Shown: piece after piece, positions 9,860 through 19,695 of the stretch
Layout of the letters: each line of letters begins with the position of its first letter
Position numbering within the stretch: the first letter of the stretch is position 1
Translations under genes and position numbers: made by a program
IMG/VR virus record: IMGVR_UViG_3300009605_004544
Location: 42,982-106,981 of that record
Strand: one strand, 5' to 3'
Length of the DNA: 64,000 bases
DNA from: a virus
The notes under the pieces: model-generated
Database searches by the model: none
Told to the model about the DNA's origin: nothing
The model's input: the letters and a program-made list of their open reading frames with translations, nothing else

Positions 9860-11718
9860 CATACGTTCCGCTGCACGTCCATTCTGAATATAGCTTGCTG
9901 GACGGGCTTTCACAAACGTCACAGATATCTAGAAGATTAGAAGATATAGAAACAGATACCTGCGTCCTTACTGATCACGGAACTGTTTCTGGGGCCGTTG
10001 ACTTTTCCAAAACGCTTAGGAATGCATCTCAGAAACCAATTTTGGGATGTGAATTCTACTTATGCATGGGCGATGCCTCCGAACAGTCTCCAGAAAATAG
10101 AGACCTTGTTCACCAAGTGGTTATAGCGAAAAATTTACAGGGATGGAAAGATCTACTTCGGCTAGTATCCCAATCAAATAGAACTGATCAATTTTACTAT
10201 AAGCCTCGTATTGATTTCGATCAATTAAAAGCAGTTGCCGCAAATGGCAATCTGATTTCATTTAGCGGTCACTTGGGTTCTTACTTAGGCAATGCCGCAC
10301 TAGAAAATTCTGATGACCGTTTTCTTTCCAACGCGGCTTTAAAATTACAGGATATGTTTGGAAGGGGGAATTTCTTTATTGAAATACAACTGATAGACTC
10401 TCAAAATAATGAAGGTGCCAGAATTGCCGCTGAAAGATTGCGAGAGATTGCCGTGCAGACAGGCATCCCCCCCGTAGCAACCCCAGACGCTCATTACCCT
10501 ACCAGAGAGGCCGCAGAAGACCAGAGGGTGCTCCTCTGCACGTCTTTAAAAAAGACCATAGGCCAAGTCCACAGGGAATTAAAAGAGGGAAAGTCTCGTT
10601 CGCTTAAGTCATTTTTTTCCTCTGACAATTATCATATTCCCTCTTACGAAGAGATGAGTCAGTTTCATACTGAAGAAGAATTGCAAAACACAATAGTGAT
10701 TGCCAATATGTGTGAGTCTTATGATATTCTAGGAGCACCAAACCCCCCTACGTTTTCGTGTCCAGCAAATTACGAAGCTCAAAGCTATTTGAGACATCTG
10801 TGTAAAATTGGATGGTCTCAAAAAATGCAGCACATCGAAAAGAACGGCGCTGATTTTAACAGGTACGGAGATCGGGTCCAGAAGGAGCTTCAAGTTTTTG
10901 AGGAGGCTGGCCTGTCAGGATACTTTTTAATCGTGCAGGACATTTTACAATTTTGCAGGAAGGAAGGCTACTTAACAGGCCCCGGCAGAGGGAGTGCCGC
11001 AGGCTGCATGGTGTCGTACCTTATTGGCATTACACAGATAGACCCTTTGCGACACAATTTGGTTTTCGAAAGATTTTACAACGCAGGAAGAAATACTTCG
11101 GGAAGAATATCAATGCCTGACATTGATATAGATGTTCCCAAGGTTGCTAGGGAAAAAGTGATTAGCTACATGAAGCAAAAATATGGAAAAGACAACGTAG
11201 CACAAATCGTTACCTACCAAACCTTGCAAGGGCGATCTGGACTCAAAAGAGTGATGCAAGCTAGGGGGAATATATCCTTTGCTGAACAAAACGACATTAC
11301 TAAGCACATCATGGATGAGTCCAAAATTGCCGACGAACTTCAAGACATGAAAGAGGAGCTTGGCGAATCATCGCTTACCTTGTGGGCATTAAAAAATAGA
11401 AAGCAGCAGCTTAAAGACTGGTGTGAAATAGGCGAGGATGGTAAGCTAGAAGGTAAAATGTCTCGTATCTTTGAGCAAGCTATCAGACTAGAGGGGACTA
11501 AAATTATTCAATCCAAGCATGCTGCGGGGGTGGTAGTTTCACCATCTTCGATTTCAGAAACGTGCCCTATGATCAAGCCTGCGAACAAAGGAGAAACGGA
11601 CTTGCTGGCTGGGTTCGAGGGGCCTAGCTGTGAAGATGTCGGACTCTTAAAGCTAGATGTATTGGGGATTAGAATGTTGGACAAAATAATGGAAGTGCCG
11701 GACATACTGAGGGGATAA
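9856..11718 (+). CDS. dnaE: DNA polymerase III alpha, N-terminal half (PHP, palm, thumb)
   Basis: HVHSEYSLLDG, TDHG, DAHY, GPGRGSAAG, PDIDID, HAAGVV, LLKLDVLG, then a stop codon. Confidence 0.95.
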   Translation: MTYVPLHVHSEYSLLDGLSQTSQISRRLEDIETDTCVLTDHGTVSGAVDFSKTLRNASQKPILGCEFYLCMGDASEQSPENRDLVHQVVIAKNLQGWKDLLRLVSQSNRTDQFYYKPRIDFDQLKAVAANGNLISFSGHLGSYLGNAALENSDDRFLSNAALKLQDMFGRGNFFIEIQLIDSQNNEGARIAAERLREIAVQTGIPPVATPDAHYPTREAAEDQRVLLCTSLKKTIGQVHRELKEGKSRSLKSFFSSDNYHIPSYEEMSQFHTEEELQNTIVIANMCESYDILGAPNPPTFSCPANYEAQSYLRHLCKIGWSQKMQHIEKNGADFNRYGDRVQKELQVFEEAGLSGYFLIVQDILQFCRKEGYLTGPGRGSAAGCMVSYLIGITQIDPLRHNLVFERFYNAGRNTSGRISMPDIDIDVPKVAREKVISYMKQKYGKDNVAQIVTYQTLQGRSGLKRVMQARGNISFAEQNDITKHIMDESKIADELQDMKEELGESSLTLWALKNRKQQLKDWCEIGEDGKLEGKMSRIFEQAIRLEGTKIIQSKHAAGVVVSPSSISETCPMIKPANKGETDLLAGFEGPSCEDVGLLKLDVLGIRMLDKIMEVPDILRG

Positions 11719-11720
11719 AA

Positions 11721-11903
11721 ATGACATTATGGATATACTGTCCGAGGTGTGGCAAGGCTGTTGATGAGTTTGAAGAAAGATGCGCCCACTGCGATCTTGG
11801 AGGCATATGGGAACATAATTGGCGAATAATAAGCGAAGAGTTGGAAGATTTTATGACAACCGGAACCCCTCCCAACATGGTTCCAAGGGCAGACAACGGA
11901 TAG
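11721..11903 (+). CDS. Small Zn-ribbon protein
   Basis: CPRC...CAHC; GAGGGG RBS. Confidence 0.6.
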   Translation: MTLWIYCPRCGKAVDEFEERCAHCDLGGIWEHNWRIISEELEDFMTTGTPPNMVPRADNG

Positions 11904-11911
11904 GAGACGAG

Positions 11912-12586
11912 ATGAATAACCGGTGGATTATGGTGTTCGACTTTGAGACAGACGGGGTAGACCCAAATACTTGCAATCCCGTAGAGCTTGCGGCTATTCC
12001 TATCGATCCTCGAACTTTGGAAATTAAAGAGAAGAAAGCTTTTAGCGCTGTCATTAAGCCACCCGGATTTAATAAAGAAGAGTACTTCACAGACGACCGT
12101 CAAAAGACTATAGAATGGCATGCGAAACAGAGGGGCGTAACTAGCGCCGACATTATCAAGTCTTGGAAGAAGGGGAAGAGCGAAAAGATAGTCTGGAAAA
12201 ACTTTTGCGAATACTGCAAGAAGTTCAATATAGAAAAATCTTATGGAAACTGGTACACAGAGCCGATAGCTGCTGGGTATAACATCATCGGATTTGACTT
12301 GCCGATTTGTCAGCGGTTAGCCGACAAGCATAAGACTGGAATGCCATTTGCTAAAGTGAACAAGATGGATCTCATGGACCTCCTGTTTTATTGGTTTGAA
12401 AACCTAGGCGAGCCTAAGAATATGAGACTTGATACAATGCGAGATTTTTTCGGAGTCCAAACAGTCCAAGCGCATGAGGCGTATTCTGACACTTTCGATA
12501 CTGCAAAGCTATTGGTGCAGTTCCTTAAGTTCCATAGGCGACAGTCTAGCGTAGGCAAGTTCAAGGGAGCAATGGTTCAAAAATGA
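11912..12586 (+). CDS. DEDDh 3'-5' exonuclease (DnaQ/epsilon-like)
   Basis: FDFETDG, GYNIIGFD, AHEAYSDT; GGAG RBS before ATG 11912. Confidence 0.9.
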   Translation: MNNRWIMVFDFETDGVDPNTCNPVELAAIPIDPRTLEIKEKKAFSAVIKPPGFNKEEYFTDDRQKTIEWHAKQRGVTSADIIKSWKKGKSEKIVWKNFCEYCKKFNIEKSYGNWYTEPIAAGYNIIGFDLPICQRLADKHKTGMPFAKVNKMDLMDLLFYWFENLGEPKNMRLDTMRDFFGVQTVQAHEAYSDTFDTAKLLVQFLKFHRRQSSVGKFKGAMVQK

Positions 12587-14226
12587 AGAATGCATTTGCA
12601 TGTGGATGCACGTTCGACGTAGTTGACAAGCACGTTGTTTACGATCCCAATATTGAACGCCTGCCTCTCAAATGCTCTGCTACTTGGGATTTAATTTGTG
12701 ATGGAAATACCAAAGGAGTTTTCCAATTGGAATCCCAACTGGGGCGAAGTATGGCTGAACGAGTAAAGCCAAAGAATATAGAAGAGCTATCAGACCTCGT
12801 AGCTATTATTCGACCGGGATGCATGGAGGCAATTGTAGATGGCAAAAGTCTGACACAACACTATATAGATAGAAAGCACGGAATAGACCCCGTCGAATAT
12901 TTTCATGATGCGCTTGAACCGATCTTATCCAGCACCTATGGGATACTCGTCTATCAAGAACAAGCCATCCTTATTGCTAGAGACATCGGGGGTTTCGACC
13001 TACAAGAAGCAGACATTTTGCGCAAAGCCATTGGAAAGAAAAACGTAGGTTTGATGACCGAGCTAAAGAAGCAATTTATTCAAAAGGCAGAGCAAAAAAA
13101 GGTTGTCACAAAAGAGCAAGCTGAAGAAATATTTAGTTGGATTGAAAAATCTCAAAGATACTCATTCAATAAGTCACATTCGGTAAGCTATGCATATAAT
13201 GCGTATCTGACAGCTTACACGAAGACTCACTTCCCAAGGGAGTTCTTCACGTCTTACCTTAAAAATTCAATTGGCAAGCCTGATGCCTACACAGAAATAG
13301 AAGAGCTAGTAAATAACGCTCGCATAATGGACATTGATGTGATGCCCCCGAATATTAAAAAGATGAACAAAAGGTTCACCTTAATAGGCCCCAACCCCAC
13401 ATTCGGCATTACGGAAATTAAGGGCGTAGGTGGTTCCGTGTTTGATAAGATGGGCGACTGCCTGAGTCGCAATCAGATCAATTTAGAAACATGCGACTGG
13501 AATACATTTTTAATAGGATTCGGCTCATGTATTAAAGTAGACTCCTTTGAAGCCTTGATACTTAGCGGCGCACTTGATTGCTTTGATATTAGTCGTAGTC
13601 AAATGGCTCATGAATTGAAAATGTTCAGAGAATTAAGTAAGCGAGAAATCGCTTGGATCGAAACGTACAAGTCGTCGAACGTTAAAGCCGATCTAGAGGG
13701 ATGTATCGCTGAAATGATCTCTACTAACAACTGGTCAAATCCCAAGAGGCCGATATTCAGAAGGGATCGACTAGAGGTAGTAGAAAGCGTTAGGGGTTCT
13801 TTACAGAATCCGGGCTATGAGCTTGTAGACTTTCCCGGCTGGAAAGCCAGAAAGGAAGAACACTACCTTGGAGTCTCTTTAACTTGCGCCCGAGTAGACG
13901 AGTACGATACAAGTGGTGCTAATTGCACATGCAAAGAATACACGGACGGCTTTAACTCAAGGAACGGTATAAGGATAGCCGCCCAGATTGACGGCGTAAG
14001 AGAATGGAAAATTAAAAGAGGAAATGCCAAAGGAAAAAAGATGGCTTTTGTTACCATCAGCGACGGAACTTGCAGCTTAGATAGCGTAACAGTATTTTCT
14101 GATGAGTGGGAAAAATACAGTAACGAATTGTCGGAAGGGAATGTTTTGTTGCTAGCTGGCATGAGAGACTCTAAAAGAGGAAGTTTTCTAATAAAGTCAG
14201 TTTCTAAGGTCAAAAACCTAGCTTAG
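12583..14226 (+). CDS. dnaE: DNA polymerase III alpha, C-terminal half (fingers, HhH, OB)
   Basis: TKGVFQLES, IRPG, GILVYQEQ, ADILRKAIGKK, YSFNKSH, IKGVG, MAFVTISD. Confidence 0.95.
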   Translation: MKNAFACGCTFDVVDKHVVYDPNIERLPLKCSATWDLICDGNTKGVFQLESQLGRSMAERVKPKNIEELSDLVAIIRPGCMEAIVDGKSLTQHYIDRKHGIDPVEYFHDALEPILSSTYGILVYQEQAILIARDIGGFDLQEADILRKAIGKKNVGLMTELKKQFIQKAEQKKVVTKEQAEEIFSWIEKSQRYSFNKSHSVSYAYNAYLTAYTKTHFPREFFTSYLKNSIGKPDAYTEIEELVNNARIMDIDVMPPNIKKMNKRFTLIGPNPTFGITEIKGVGGSVFDKMGDCLSRNQINLETCDWNTFLIGFGSCIKVDSFEALILSGALDCFDISRSQMAHELKMFRELSKREIAWIETYKSSNVKADLEGCIAEMISTNNWSNPKRPIFRRDRLEVVESVRGSLQNPGYELVDFPGWKARKEEHYLGVSLTCARVDEYDTSGANCTCKEYTDGFNSRNGIRIAAQIDGVREWKIKRGNAKGKKMAFVTISDGTCSLDSVTVFSDEWEKYSNELSEGNVLLLAGMRDSKRGSFLIKSVSKVKNLA

Positions 14227-14253
14227 ATAATATAATATATTAAGAGGGAATTT
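14227..14253 (+). promoter_or_regulatory. Possible promoter (-10 TATAAT) and RBS upstream of the sigma factor gene
   Basis: AT-rich spacer with TATAAT at 14231-14236 and GAGGG; no clear -35 element. Confidence 0.3.
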
Positions 14254-14712
14254 ATGGACGAACTGATAGAAAAGCATATGGGTTTGGTGATATCTATAGT
14301 CAATAGGTTTAGTCCTAAAAATCAAACAGAAAAAGACGACTACATACAAGCGGGGCGTATAGGTCTTTGGAAAGCCCTTACTAAATTTTCAAAAACGGGA
14401 GGAAGCAAATTTTCCCCATACGCTTGGAACCCCATCAAATGGGAAATCATAAAAGAAATCCGATCTGCAAAATCTAAATGTGACTCAATCAATCCAGAGG
14501 ATTGCGAACACTATTGTGGCATTAGAAGCTCGGCGCATTTTTGGGAGCTTATTCCATCTAGCCTAACCCCTGCGGAACGCCAAGTAATTCAACTGAGACG
14601 TGAGGGCTATAACTTCAAAGAAATTTCATGTGAATTGGATTGCCATAGGTCTCGCATCAAAAAGATTTTTCAGAGCGCTATATGCAAAATAAGAGAAACT
14701 AATAATGAATAA
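14254..14712 (+). CDS. Small sigma-70-family factor (regions 2 and 4)
   Basis: LIEKHMGLVISIV, DDYIQAGRIGLWKA, KFSPYA, LTPAERQVI...YNFKEIS HTH. Confidence 0.88.
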   Translation: MDELIEKHMGLVISIVNRFSPKNQTEKDDYIQAGRIGLWKALTKFSKTGGSKFSPYAWNPIKWEIIKEIRSAKSKCDSINPEDCEHYCGIRSSAHFWELIPSSLTPAERQVIQLRREGYNFKEISCELDCHRSRIKKIFQSAICKIRETNNE

Positions 14713-16357
14713 AAGGCGCGTCTTATTAGTTAGCGAAGCAAACTTTTTAAACTCAGGGTTTGGCACGTATGCCAAAGAGCTTTTAAATAGGCTACATACT
14801 ACCAACAAATATGAGTTAGCTGAATTCGCATCTTATGGCAAGCCCAGCATGGGCCAAAGTGTTCCGTGGACTTTCTATGGAAATATGCCGGAAGATGGAG
14901 ATCAAGCGTCCTTGGACTTCTATAATAGTAACGGGTCTCACCAATTCGGAACATGGAGATTTGACAAGGTTTGTATAGATTTCAAGCCAGACATTGTGCT
15001 GTCCTATAGAGACCCTTGGATGGACAATTGGATTCAAAACGCTCCCACCAGACCGTACTTCCATTGGGTATGGATGCCCACCGTTGATTCTTCTCCCCAG
15101 AGACAAGAGTGGGTAAATACTTTTTCAACATGCGATGCTGTCTTGGCTTACTCAGAATTTGGGGGTAAAGTCCTAAAGGAACAAGGCAAGGAAAGAATCA
15201 ACTATATCGGGTGTGCTTCTCCCGGCATTGATCCTCACGTTTATAAGCCGCTGCCTAAAGAAGCCCTCAGAAAAGAAATGGGAATTGATCCAGAATGTTT
15301 TATCGTTGGAACGGTAATGCGAAATCAAAAAAGAAAACTGTTCTTTGAACTTATGAAGTCCTTTCGTTCGTTCTTAGATGAAGCCCCTTCGGACATTGCC
15401 TCTAAGTCCTTGTTATATTTGCATACCAGTTATCCCGAAAAAAACGGGTGGGACATAGCGGATGGAATAATGCAAAACAACCTTGGGGGAAAGGTTCTAA
15501 TGACCTATATTTGTAGAGTATGCAATAAATTTTTTCCATCCACCTTTCAAGATGCTCTCGCTCAGTGTCAATTTTGTAAGCAAAGAACTGCTGTCTGCCC
15601 CACTGTGAGCCTTGGGGTTTCTGTCGAAGACCTTGCTAAAATTTATAACCTGTTTGATCTCTATGTCCAATACGCAATATGTGAAGGCTTTGGAATGCCC
15701 CAAGTAGAAGCTGCCGCATGCGGCGTTCCTGTTGCGGGTACGGACTATAGCGCCATGCATGACGTGATTAAATTTACAAAAGGCTACCCCATTCCGGTGA
15801 AGACATTTTTTAGAGAGATCGAAACTAACGCTGAAAGAGCATATCCCGATAATGACAAGTTGAAAGAAACCTTCATAGAATTTTTTAGTCAATCCAATGA
15901 GGAACGAACTAAGAAGTCAATGGAGGTTCGAAAGCATACAATTAAACGTTATAATTGGGATGATACCGCCAGTGTATGGGAACGTTACATAGACTCATAT
16001 GAGCCACAAGGATTGCAGGGGAAATGGGATTCGCCAGCTTCTCTGTCTATGGTGCCAGATGGCATCCCAGAAAATTTATCGAACGGGGATTTCATTAAGT
16101 GGATATTCACAGATGTGTTGCATGATCCCGACCTGTTACATCAAAACGAAGGTGTTAAGCTATATAGAGACCTCACTTTTGGCGCTGAAATGGGTCAGGG
16201 CGTTCTGGAGCCTCTTAGTAGAGAAAAGATCTTCGATGCGTACAGGGCGCGGGCAAATAACAGGAATCAGGCAGAGCAACTACGGGCAGGGAATATTCAG
16301 GTGCATCCTGAGAAGTTCGTCATAGAAGCTCGTGCAGGGCAAGAGGAAAGGGTATGA
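14705..16357 (+). CDS. GT4 (GT-B) glycosyltransferase with Zn-ribbon insertion
   Basis: SGFG, RNQKRK, EGFGMPQVEAAACG, YNWD; inserted CRVC...CQFC. Confidence 0.9.
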   Translation: MNKRRVLLVSEANFLNSGFGTYAKELLNRLHTTNKYELAEFASYGKPSMGQSVPWTFYGNMPEDGDQASLDFYNSNGSHQFGTWRFDKVCIDFKPDIVLSYRDPWMDNWIQNAPTRPYFHWVWMPTVDSSPQRQEWVNTFSTCDAVLAYSEFGGKVLKEQGKERINYIGCASPGIDPHVYKPLPKEALRKEMGIDPECFIVGTVMRNQKRKLFFELMKSFRSFLDEAPSDIASKSLLYLHTSYPEKNGWDIADGIMQNNLGGKVLMTYICRVCNKFFPSTFQDALAQCQFCKQRTAVCPTVSLGVSVEDLAKIYNLFDLYVQYAICEGFGMPQVEAAACGVPVAGTDYSAMHDVIKFTKGYPIPVKTFFREIETNAERAYPDNDKLKETFIEFFSQSNEERTKKSMEVRKHTIKRYNWDDTASVWERYIDSYEPQGLQGKWDSPASLSMVPDGIPENLSNGDFIKWIFTDVLHDPDLLHQNEGVKLYRDLTFGAEMGQGVLEPLSREKIFDAYRARANNRNQAEQLRAGNIQVHPEKFVIEARAGQEERV

Positions 16358-17463
16358 ATATATTATTTATCGGACCCTACAGGCAAAAAGATGAATGGGG
16401 ACGTAAAAGCAAATCTATTCTGAGGGCTGTCCAGAAAACGGGCCACAATGTTACATCAAGACCAATATTTTTGACATCCCATCCAGACACTAACAGTTAT
16501 ATGGAAGCGTGTGAATTTAATATCTCAGAACAGTATGATGTTTTAATACAGTTTTTATTGCAGCCGTATGCTATTTATGATGGGAGAGTTTCAAAAAGAA
16601 TAGGGATATTTAACACAGAAACAATGCCAAATAAAATGGCTTTGGGCCAACTTACTAAAGAGCTTTTAATGGACGAAGTTTGGACCGATAGCTGCTTTAT
16701 ACAAAAGGGCCTTCAAAATTCTCTTGATAGTTATCAAGGGAATGTCAAGGTGCGTGCGATTCCTCCTGTACTAGATACGACCGATCTTGAAGAAACATCT
16801 TCCATTTCAATAAAGGCTTCCGATAGGGAATTAGATGGTCGTTTTCTTTTTTATTACATCGGCAATCTCGCAGAAGACAAAGGGGGTTTTAAAGAAACGT
16901 GCATCGCCTATATGAGCACGTTCTCTAGTTCTGATCAAGTTGCCTTAATTGTTGCTCCCGAAGCTCCGTTCCCAGAAGAGGAAGTTAATAAGGCGTTGGA
17001 AGATTGCCGTGCCTGCGTTGGGGAAATCAAACACTCTTTGCACTATCCTCTCATTAAAGTCATCCGTTCACAAAACGGCCTACAAAGATCCGAAAGAGTT
17101 GCTCTTCACGTAGATTCAGACTGCATGGTCTCTCCGGGCTACTCTCTGGCTACAAGCTCTCTAGTTCTTGAGGCCGCAATGTATAAAAATACACCCATCG
17201 TGAATAAAGGGAATGCATGCTATGAATGGTGGGGGGAAGAAAATCTATGGGGCGTCGAGTCATATGAAGACCTTTGTGTCTCTCGACAAAGGCCATTGCC
17301 ATATCGTTTTACATCTGGTGAATCGTGGCAGAAGCCGATTATTAAATCTTTAGGAGAGACGATGCTAGAGGTATACATTGACAAATTTAAAAGAGACAAG
17401 AAAGCCAAGGCTAATTCTAAATTGCGAAATTATTTCAACGAGCCTTCTTTAGAGATTGTATGA
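16354..17463 (+). CDS. GT-B-fold glycosyltransferase-like protein (divergent)
   Basis: MNILFIGP, DEVW, FYYIG, DCMVSP...LEAAMY; the first Glu of the EX7E motif is absent. Confidence 0.7.
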   Translation: MNILFIGPYRQKDEWGRKSKSILRAVQKTGHNVTSRPIFLTSHPDTNSYMEACEFNISEQYDVLIQFLLQPYAIYDGRVSKRIGIFNTETMPNKMALGQLTKELLMDEVWTDSCFIQKGLQNSLDSYQGNVKVRAIPPVLDTTDLEETSSISIKASDRELDGRFLFYYIGNLAEDKGGFKETCIAYMSTFSSSDQVALIVAPEAPFPEEEVNKALEDCRACVGEIKHSLHYPLIKVIRSQNGLQRSERVALHVDSDCMVSPGYSLATSSLVLEAAMYKNTPIVNKGNACYEWWGEENLWGVESYEDLCVSRQRPLPYRFTSGESWQKPIIKSLGETMLEVYIDKFKRDKKAKANSKLRNYFNEPSLEIV

Positions 17464-18446
17464 TGCTTGTTAATAATGTTTTAAGATCGGTCTACCGAGC
17501 AAATAGCTCAGAAATGGGCCGATTAAATATTTTAACTATGTGCAGAAACACCGAAAAGTATATTTCGTTGCTGAGCGATTACACCCCACATACATTTTAC
17601 ATTCTGGAACAGCACCCATGGAATGTTCTCATTGAGAAACCACGCCCAAACATATACCAGCATGGTTCTCATTCTCCACCTTTAGATTGTATCATATGCT
17701 ATGACAGGGCAGAGCAATATGAAGAAGCTCAAGGCGTTGCCCACCAATTACACATACCCATAATTCTTGTTGATATGTGTTCGCGGGAACTCGTGAGACC
17801 TCAACATATATTAGAAAACTTAACGCCTGTAGACGCATCTGTACTGCACAGAAAACCAACCTTAATAGTGTGCAATGACGAGCACATACAAAGATCATGG
17901 AACCGGCCATTTACTGATCTGAACGCAGACATCAATCAATCGATTGTTATACCTGCTGGAATAAACACTGATAAGTTTAAGCCAAGACCCCAAACTGATC
18001 CATTAATTGCAATGGATAACAACACCTCCCCTCAAGCAGGCGCAGAAGTTGCATCCCGCATCGGCACGCGATATCGGATAATTCCTACAGACCATGACAA
18101 CTCAGAGGAAATAGCCGTAACACATTCGCGATATTTTATAAACACTAAACGAAACATTACAGTAAAAACTTTAGAAGCCATGTCTGCTGGCAATGTAGTA
18201 ATTTGCCAAAAAAACGCAGATACTGAAAGCCTTATTGAGCACGGGAAAACAGGAATTCTGCTTAATAACTTAGAAGAACTTCTGCCAACTATAGACCGTT
18301 TAGAAAAGTCGGAAAGTGATCGATTGCAAATAAGCAATTTTGCCAGACAAAAAATAATCCGAGAACACTCTGTTGAGGAGTTCTCTTTAAAATGGGCATC
18401 TGCTTTCTCTATGATCAAATTAAGTTTTTACCTCCCCGCTACGTAG
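17460..18446 (+). CDS. GT4-like glycosyltransferase
   Basis: GINTDKF, LEAMSAGNVVI, IEHGKTGIL, ARQKIIREHS. Confidence 0.8.
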   Translation: MMLVNNVLRSVYRANSSEMGRLNILTMCRNTEKYISLLSDYTPHTFYILEQHPWNVLIEKPRPNIYQHGSHSPPLDCIICYDRAEQYEEAQGVAHQLHIPIILVDMCSRELVRPQHILENLTPVDASVLHRKPTLIVCNDEHIQRSWNRPFTDLNADINQSIVIPAGINTDKFKPRPQTDPLIAMDNNTSPQAGAEVASRIGTRYRIIPTDHDNSEEIAVTHSRYFINTKRNITVKTLEAMSAGNVVICQKNADTESLIEHGKTGILLNNLEELLPTIDRLEKSESDRLQISNFARQKIIREHSVEEFSLKWASAFSMIKLSFYLPAT

Positions 18447-18454
18447 GTACTCAT

Positions 18455-18850
18455 ATGAACATAAATCTAGTTACGGATCAAAACGCGAGATCCGTTGAAA
18501 ACCATGAAAATCTCTTGATCGCTGAAGTGGACAAGCTCCCTGACAGTTTGTGCAAAAGTGTGACCCTCAACAACACATTGAATTATTTAACAGACGAGCA
18601 ATTTAGACAGCTACTAAATAAAGTTCGTCACGGTGGAATTGTTTCCGTTAGTGCCCCAGATGTGATGGAAATTTCTACTGCATTATGTTGGGGTCAAATT
18701 GACGTACCCACATTTTCATCACTCACTACCAATAGGGTGAGCCAATATAGTTTACTGCAAATAAAGAATGTCTTTGAACAGAGTGGCTACATTATTGAGA
18801 GCGCCTCTATTCATAATCTTTCTTTTTACATTAAGGCCCGACGACCATGA
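18455..18850 (+). CDS. Short SAM-methyltransferase-like protein (partial fold)
   Basis: LNYL...LLNKVRHGGIVSVSAPD...FEQSGY resembles the C-terminal half of class I MTases; no GxG motif seen. Confidence 0.45.
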   Translation: MNINLVTDQNARSVENHENLLIAEVDKLPDSLCKSVTLNNTLNYLTDEQFRQLLNKVRHGGIVSVSAPDVMEISTALCWGQIDVPTFSSLTTNRVSQYSLLQIKNVFEQSGYIIESASIHNLSFYIKARRP

Positions 18851-19695
18851 ATGAAAAACCAGAACAAAAAAAACAAGATGAGGTTAGGGTCAGTATTACA
18901 TCTACAGCATGCGCAAACTGTATATTCGCTGAGCACGAGAAGAAGGTCCAAACAGGCTGCGCAGCAGGCCGTCTGGAGAAGTTTAGAAAAGCCAACGTTA
19001 ATCTAGTACCGATAGCTAACGAGGAAGACATTACCTCGTTTCTGATTGACGGTAAAAGCTGCGTTTATTACAGAAACGACGAATGGGCCAAGTCTTATTA
19101 TAAAAGCTCATCAGCGGATGCGATATTGAAATCTGTTAAAGCAGAGTTGAAAATCCCTTATCACGCTTTATTGTTTTTTAGGTCAGGCGACAGCTTAGAC
19201 GATGTAAAGGCCAGACTGTCCGAATTGGAAAGTCAGGATGTCAAACCAAAGATCGTTACGTTAATAGATCGTTCGCATTCAACAGAAATCATGACGGGCG
19301 ACCTTATGAAAATTTGCCAGACATACAGCTTTGCACACTGGCGAATTCAATCGATTCAGGCAGTTGACCAATTAGACAACGACGTTATAGACCTATCATA
19401 TGACAATACAAAAAAAATACAATACATGTTCTACATTGTGTTGGAATGTGGATATGAGATTCCTCAAAAAATGTCAAAAGATATTCACAAGTCTCTGCAC
19501 GATGATATGAAATCTTTTGTTGTGCTATTGCCTAATTCTCAGAATGTCGGAAAGACGGCTCTAAAAGTGGCGCATGAGAAATACAGTGGCAACTCCTTTA
19601 CAGTGCCTCTGGAGGACAAAATTGAACATTACGATGATGCCACCCATTTGATTAGAGGGGTTGAAGAGATATGCCCGAGTCTCCAAGCGTCTTAG
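18847..19695 (+). CDS. Hypothetical protein with N-terminal Cys cluster and degenerate GT-A-like C-terminus
   Basis: CANC...GC...C; SQDVKPKIVTLID resembles a GT2 N-terminus. Confidence 0.5.
   Translation: MNEKPEQKKQDEVRVSITSTACANCIFAEHEKKVQTGCAAGRLEKFRKANVNLVPIANEEDITSFLIDGKSCVYYRNDEWAKSYYKSSSADAILKSVKAELKIPYHALLFFRSGDSLDDVKARLSELESQDVKPKIVTLIDRSHSTEIMTGDLMKICQTYSFAHWRIQSIQAVDQLDNDVIDLSYDNTKKIQYMFYIVLECGYEIPQKMSKDIHKSLHDDMKSFVVLLPNSQNVGKTALKVAHEKYSGNSFTVPLEDKIEHYDDATHLIRGVEEICPSLQAS

Noticed and set aside
11650-12720. Split intein, intron or stop-codon read-through joining the dnaE halves
   Set aside because: No intein N- or C-terminal motifs at the ends. The gap holds two ORFs with their own RBS. 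TAA, TAG and TGA all act as normal stops elsewhere, so there is no sign of recoding.
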